Origin: an uncultured archaeon
GTDB lineage: Archaea; Thermoproteota; Bathyarchaeia; Bathyarchaeales; Bathycorpusculaceae
NCBI GenBank assembly: GCA_963782915.1
Contig: CAWALK010000020.1
Coordinates: forward strand, 192,001 to 256,000
Reading direction: 5' to 3'
Length of the DNA stretch: 64,000 nucleotides
Shown: positions 61,154 through 64,000 of the stretch, in pieces
Position numbering within the stretch: the stretch's first letter is position 1
How the letters are laid out: the number at the start of each line of letters is the position of its first letter
Notes under the pieces: generated by a model
Databases searched by the model: none
The model's input: only the letters and a program-made list of their open reading frames with translations
Told to the model about the DNA's origin: nothing
Made by a program: the position numbers and the translations under genes

Positions 61154-61815
61154 GTAGAAATCCACGAGATAAATCCAGAGATAGCGAAAGACGCCAAAAC
61201 AGCCTAGAAACTTGGGTACCAAGAACCCGTCTGGGCAAACTAGTACAAGAAGGCAAAATTACAACTGTCGAAGAATTATTCCTCTCCGGAATCAAAATTA
61301 GCGAATCACAAATCGTCGACTCTCTTATTCCAGACTTACAAGAAGAAGTCATCAACGTTAACCTCGTACAGAAGCAAACTGACGCAGGCGAAAAATCACG
61401 CTTCAAAGCCATCGTCGCAGTCGGCAACAGAGACGGCTACATCGGTTTAGGCCAAGGTAAAGCCAGCCAAGTCCGCAACGCCATCGAGAAAGCAGCAGTC
61501 AACGCCCGACTAAACATTATCCCTGTTAAACGGGGCTGTGGTAGTTGGGAATGCGGTTGCGGTAAACCACACAGCATCCCATTCGAGGTAGAGGGTAAAT
61601 GCGGTGGTGTCCGAGCAGTTATCATTCCAGGTCCAAGAGGCTTAGGGCTCGTTTCAAGCGAAGTTGCCAAAGTTATCTTAGGCTTAGCGGGTGTTAAAGA
61701 TCTCTGGATGCGCAGTTTCGGCTCAACAAGAACAGTGCCATCATATGCATGTGCAATCTTCGACGGCTTAAAGAAAACTTACAACTTGATTACAACAACC
61801 GATTGGGTGAAGTAA
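61150..61815 (+). CDS. rps5: 30S ribosomal protein uS5
   Basis: WVPRTRLG, QKQTDAGE, RGCGSWEC. Confidence 0.97.
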   Translation: MSRNPRDKSRDSERRQNSLETWVPRTRLGKLVQEGKITTVEELFLSGIKISESQIVDSLIPDLQEEVINVNLVQKQTDAGEKSRFKAIVAVGNRDGYIGLGQGKASQVRNAIEKAAVNARLNIIPVKRGCGSWECGCGKPHSIPFEVEGKCGGVRAVIIPGPRGLGLVSSEVAKVILGLAGVKDLWMRSFGSTRTVPSYACAIFDGLKKTYNLITTTDWVK

Positions 61816-61816
61816 A

Positions 61817-62305
61817 ATGTCAGAACAGAAAATTGAAGAATGCAAATGTTACGTAGTAGTTAGAGTTCGCGGCACCGTCAGTGCAATGAGGGAAGCCCGC
61901 GAAACACTCGATCTGCTCCGCTTAACACATACTAACCATGCAATCATAATTGACAGCAGACCAGCCTACAAAGGCATGCTACAACGCGTAAACAACTACG
62001 TAACTTGGGGCGAACCCTCCAAAGAACTCATCGTTGCAATGCTTACCAAACGCGGAAGATTCGCAGGCGACCATAAAATAGCTGAAAACATCGAAAAAAC
62101 CGGTTACAAAACCATCGAAGAACTCGCAGACGCCATAGTTAACTGCAAAGTTGCATACAGCAAACTACCAGACATCGAAGCACGCTTTAAGCTGCATCCA
62201 CCAAGCAAAGGCTACAAGGGTCAAACCAAGAACAGCTTTAAATCCGGTGGCGAAGCAGGTTACCGCGGCGCAGCCATCAACGACTTAGTCAAACGCATGG
62301 TCTAA
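61817..62305 (+). CDS. rpl30: 50S ribosomal protein uL30
   Basis: VVRVRG, YVTWGE, LHPPSKG, GYRGAAINDLVKRM. Confidence 0.96.
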   Translation: MSEQKIEECKCYVVVRVRGTVSAMREARETLDLLRLTHTNHAIIIDSRPAYKGMLQRVNNYVTWGEPSKELIVAMLTKRGRFAGDHKIAENIEKTGYKTIEELADAIVNCKVAYSKLPDIEARFKLHPPSKGYKGQTKNSFKSGGEAGYRGAAINDLVKRMV

Positions 62306-62451
62306 GACCATCCGTTCCAACTTTATATTTTTTAATTTTTAATTTTAATTAATTAGCGAATTCTGTTAATAATTACTAATTTGTACTAACGGTAAGTTTC
62401 TAAATCCAAAAAGTTAGCTACAAAAAAAAGAACAAAGAAATTGTGGGAAAC

Positions 62452-63105
62452 TTAGTTGGTGTTTTCGAAGGTTTCTTTGAGTACACTGCGGTTTCTCCAG
62501 AAAACTTTGGATTCCGCAACATACTCTTTCTGTTGGGTGTTGTGATGTAGCATTGCACCCAAGTTCTTCTTTGCCACATATGCTTCTGCTGCGCGTAGAG
62601 GTTTGTAGATGAATGTGAAGTAGGCTGTTGCTGATCCCATCAAGAATCCGCTGAACCATAGTGGAGCTACGAAGAAGAAGAAATAGAAGTTCCACACATC
62701 AACGGGGCCGAATAATGCGATTTGTACTGGCGGCGGATAGGTCATGTTTGTCCAGTAGAAGCTGCCCAGCATGAAGTCAAGTGTGTTGAAGCCTAGTCCG
62801 GTCATGACTATAGCTATGAAGAATGCGCCTGTTAGGATTAAGATGTGTTTTTTGGTTTTTGTGTAGTTGAAGAATGAGGACATTGCAAGTCCTGTGGCTA
62901 AACCGCCGATTGCCATTGTTGCCAACCCAAAGAGGCTGTAGGCGTATTGGGCGTCCATGACGATGTAGTTGTTCATGTGCCACTGGAACGTCGCGTTTAC
63001 GCCGTACCATTCAGCGCCAATCATAACTCCAACATACAAACTATAACAGAGTAAAATAACGCTTAGCACCAATGCTGATGCTAAAGCAATTTGCTTTCCC
63101 CTCAT
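62452..63105 (-). CDS. Hypothetical four-TM membrane protein
   Basis: Likely start MRGKQ after GGAG; four hydrophobic helices. Confidence 0.7.
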   Translation of the reverse strand: MRGKQIALASALVLSVILLCYSLYVGVMIGAEWYGVNATFQWHMNNYIVMDAQYAYSLFGLATMAIGGLATGLAMSSFFNYTKTKKHILILTGAFFIAIVMTGLGFNTLDFMLGSFYWTNMTYPPPVQIALFGPVDVWNFYFFFFVAPLWFSGFLMGSATAYFTFIYKPLRAAEAYVAKKNLGAMLHHNTQQKEYVAESKVFWRNRSVLKETFENTN

Positions 63106-63300
63106 ATTCTCCCTTCCGAAACATGGAGGTAATTGCATCATTCTTAAAACTTTCTGAATCCGTAGATGGAACCATCGCTTGGATTCGATTGATATGCTAA
63201 TCCGTTTGCTATGGTTGCTCAAATGTTTTCTTGGAATGTTGAATCCGTATGCAACAAGCGTTAAATAATACTTCAAATACAACCACCCACTGGTGATGCG

Positions 63301-63606
63301 ATGCAGAAGTGGGCTGATTACTTAATCTCTTCCGTACGAACTAACCCGAGTAGTTGCCTTGTTGATTCTATGGAGATTCATTCAGACTTCGGTAATATGG
63401 TCTGTGAAACCGTAATAGCTTCTAGGGCAGATGTTATCGCCAACATAAAGCGGGGCATCACTTACTCCACAGTGTTTAAGACTGCGATGGGGAAATGGCG
63501 TAAAGGCGACGATGTGCACTTAGTTACCGTTAATGGGCAAGAGTATCTGCGTACTGATAGTGAATGTGTGGCTAAGGATCAATTCGACGAAGTGCCTGAA
63601 TTATAA
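63301..63606 (+). CDS. DUF3892-like protein
   Basis: ADYLISSVR, G..V..V.VNGQEYLRTD....DQFDEVPE. Confidence 0.75.
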   Translation: MQKWADYLISSVRTNPSSCLVDSMEIHSDFGNMVCETVIASRADVIANIKRGITYSTVFKTAMGKWRKGDDVHLVTVNGQEYLRTDSECVAKDQFDEVPEL

Positions 63607-63656
63607 AACTTACAACTTAACTTACCCCTATCAAAAAGCAAGTGTTCATACTGTTG

Positions 63657-63779
63657 TTAAATGGACACTTTGATTTCAGAGTATATGCTTTTGTGTTCCC
63701 TTAATCTGTGCTCTCTTAATTTGTTTGGGTTAGACATCATTGCTTTGCATATTGGGCATTTCAAAAACATGTAATCCAT
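63657..63779 (-). CDS. Stand-alone C2H2 zinc-finger microprotein, 40 aa: MDYMFLKCPICKAMMSNPNKLREHRLREHKSIYSEIKVSI
   Basis: Manual translation; C-x2-C-x12-H-x4-H; AAGGAGG SD 6 nt upstream of the ATG. Confidence 0.75.
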   Translation of the reverse strand: MDYMFLKCPICKAMMSNPNKLREHRLREHKSIYSEIKVSI

Positions 63780-64000
63780 AGCAGTCCTCCTTGGAATTAG
63801 GCGGACTTTTGCTCTCTTAATCCAAGTTTATCTATTAAGAGATAGCCTATTGGTGATGGAAACGAGTCTGTCTTGGCTGCGGTAAACTTGGACTACAGCA
63901 AGCCCGCCCATTCAAAACGTGGATTTGAAGATAGTTAAATGATTGTTGGCTTCGCCCTGAAACAACTACTCAGAAAGTGAATATCTTAACGTTAAATTGC

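Noticed and set aside
1-64000. Many antisense or alternate-frame ORFs in the track (e.g. 2913..3464, 54491..55069, 60775..61197)
   Set aside because: They are shadows of well-supported genes on the opposite strand or frame, with no motifs or initiation signals of their own.

Overview
Archaeal chromosomal window. Gene content suggests Bathyarchaeia or a relative (inference from the archaeal ribosomal protein operon, the ADH-type DHQ pathway, the DUF39-CBS/NIL homocysteine genes and a large secreted PQQ-like beta-propeller protein). Many conserved genes are split by single-base indels clustered in patches, most likely assembly errors. Contents in order: a minus-strand aspartate kinase plus aromatic (aroA'/aroB'/aroD/aroE/aroK) operon; Asp-semialdehyde sulfurtransferase cluster; branched-chain amino acid genes (leuA/cimA family, ilvD, leuB family); RPA, Hsp20; an elongator tRNA-Met with two non-canonical BHB introns; two cassettes bounded by direct repeats (14.5-17.9 kb, 36.4-41.9 kb); hypFCD/hypE; and the rpl22-rpl30 operon, where five proteins carry long low-complexity tails. 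Top finding: an unannotated 29-codon Phe/Tyr-rich leader peptide with two RNA helices and a U-tract just upstream of the aromatic operon, a candidate ribosome-mediated attenuator in an archaeon. Also notable: two candidate structured RNAs at 46.6 and 47.1 kb, two families of dispersed intergenic repeats, and several micro-ORFs missed by the ORF track.
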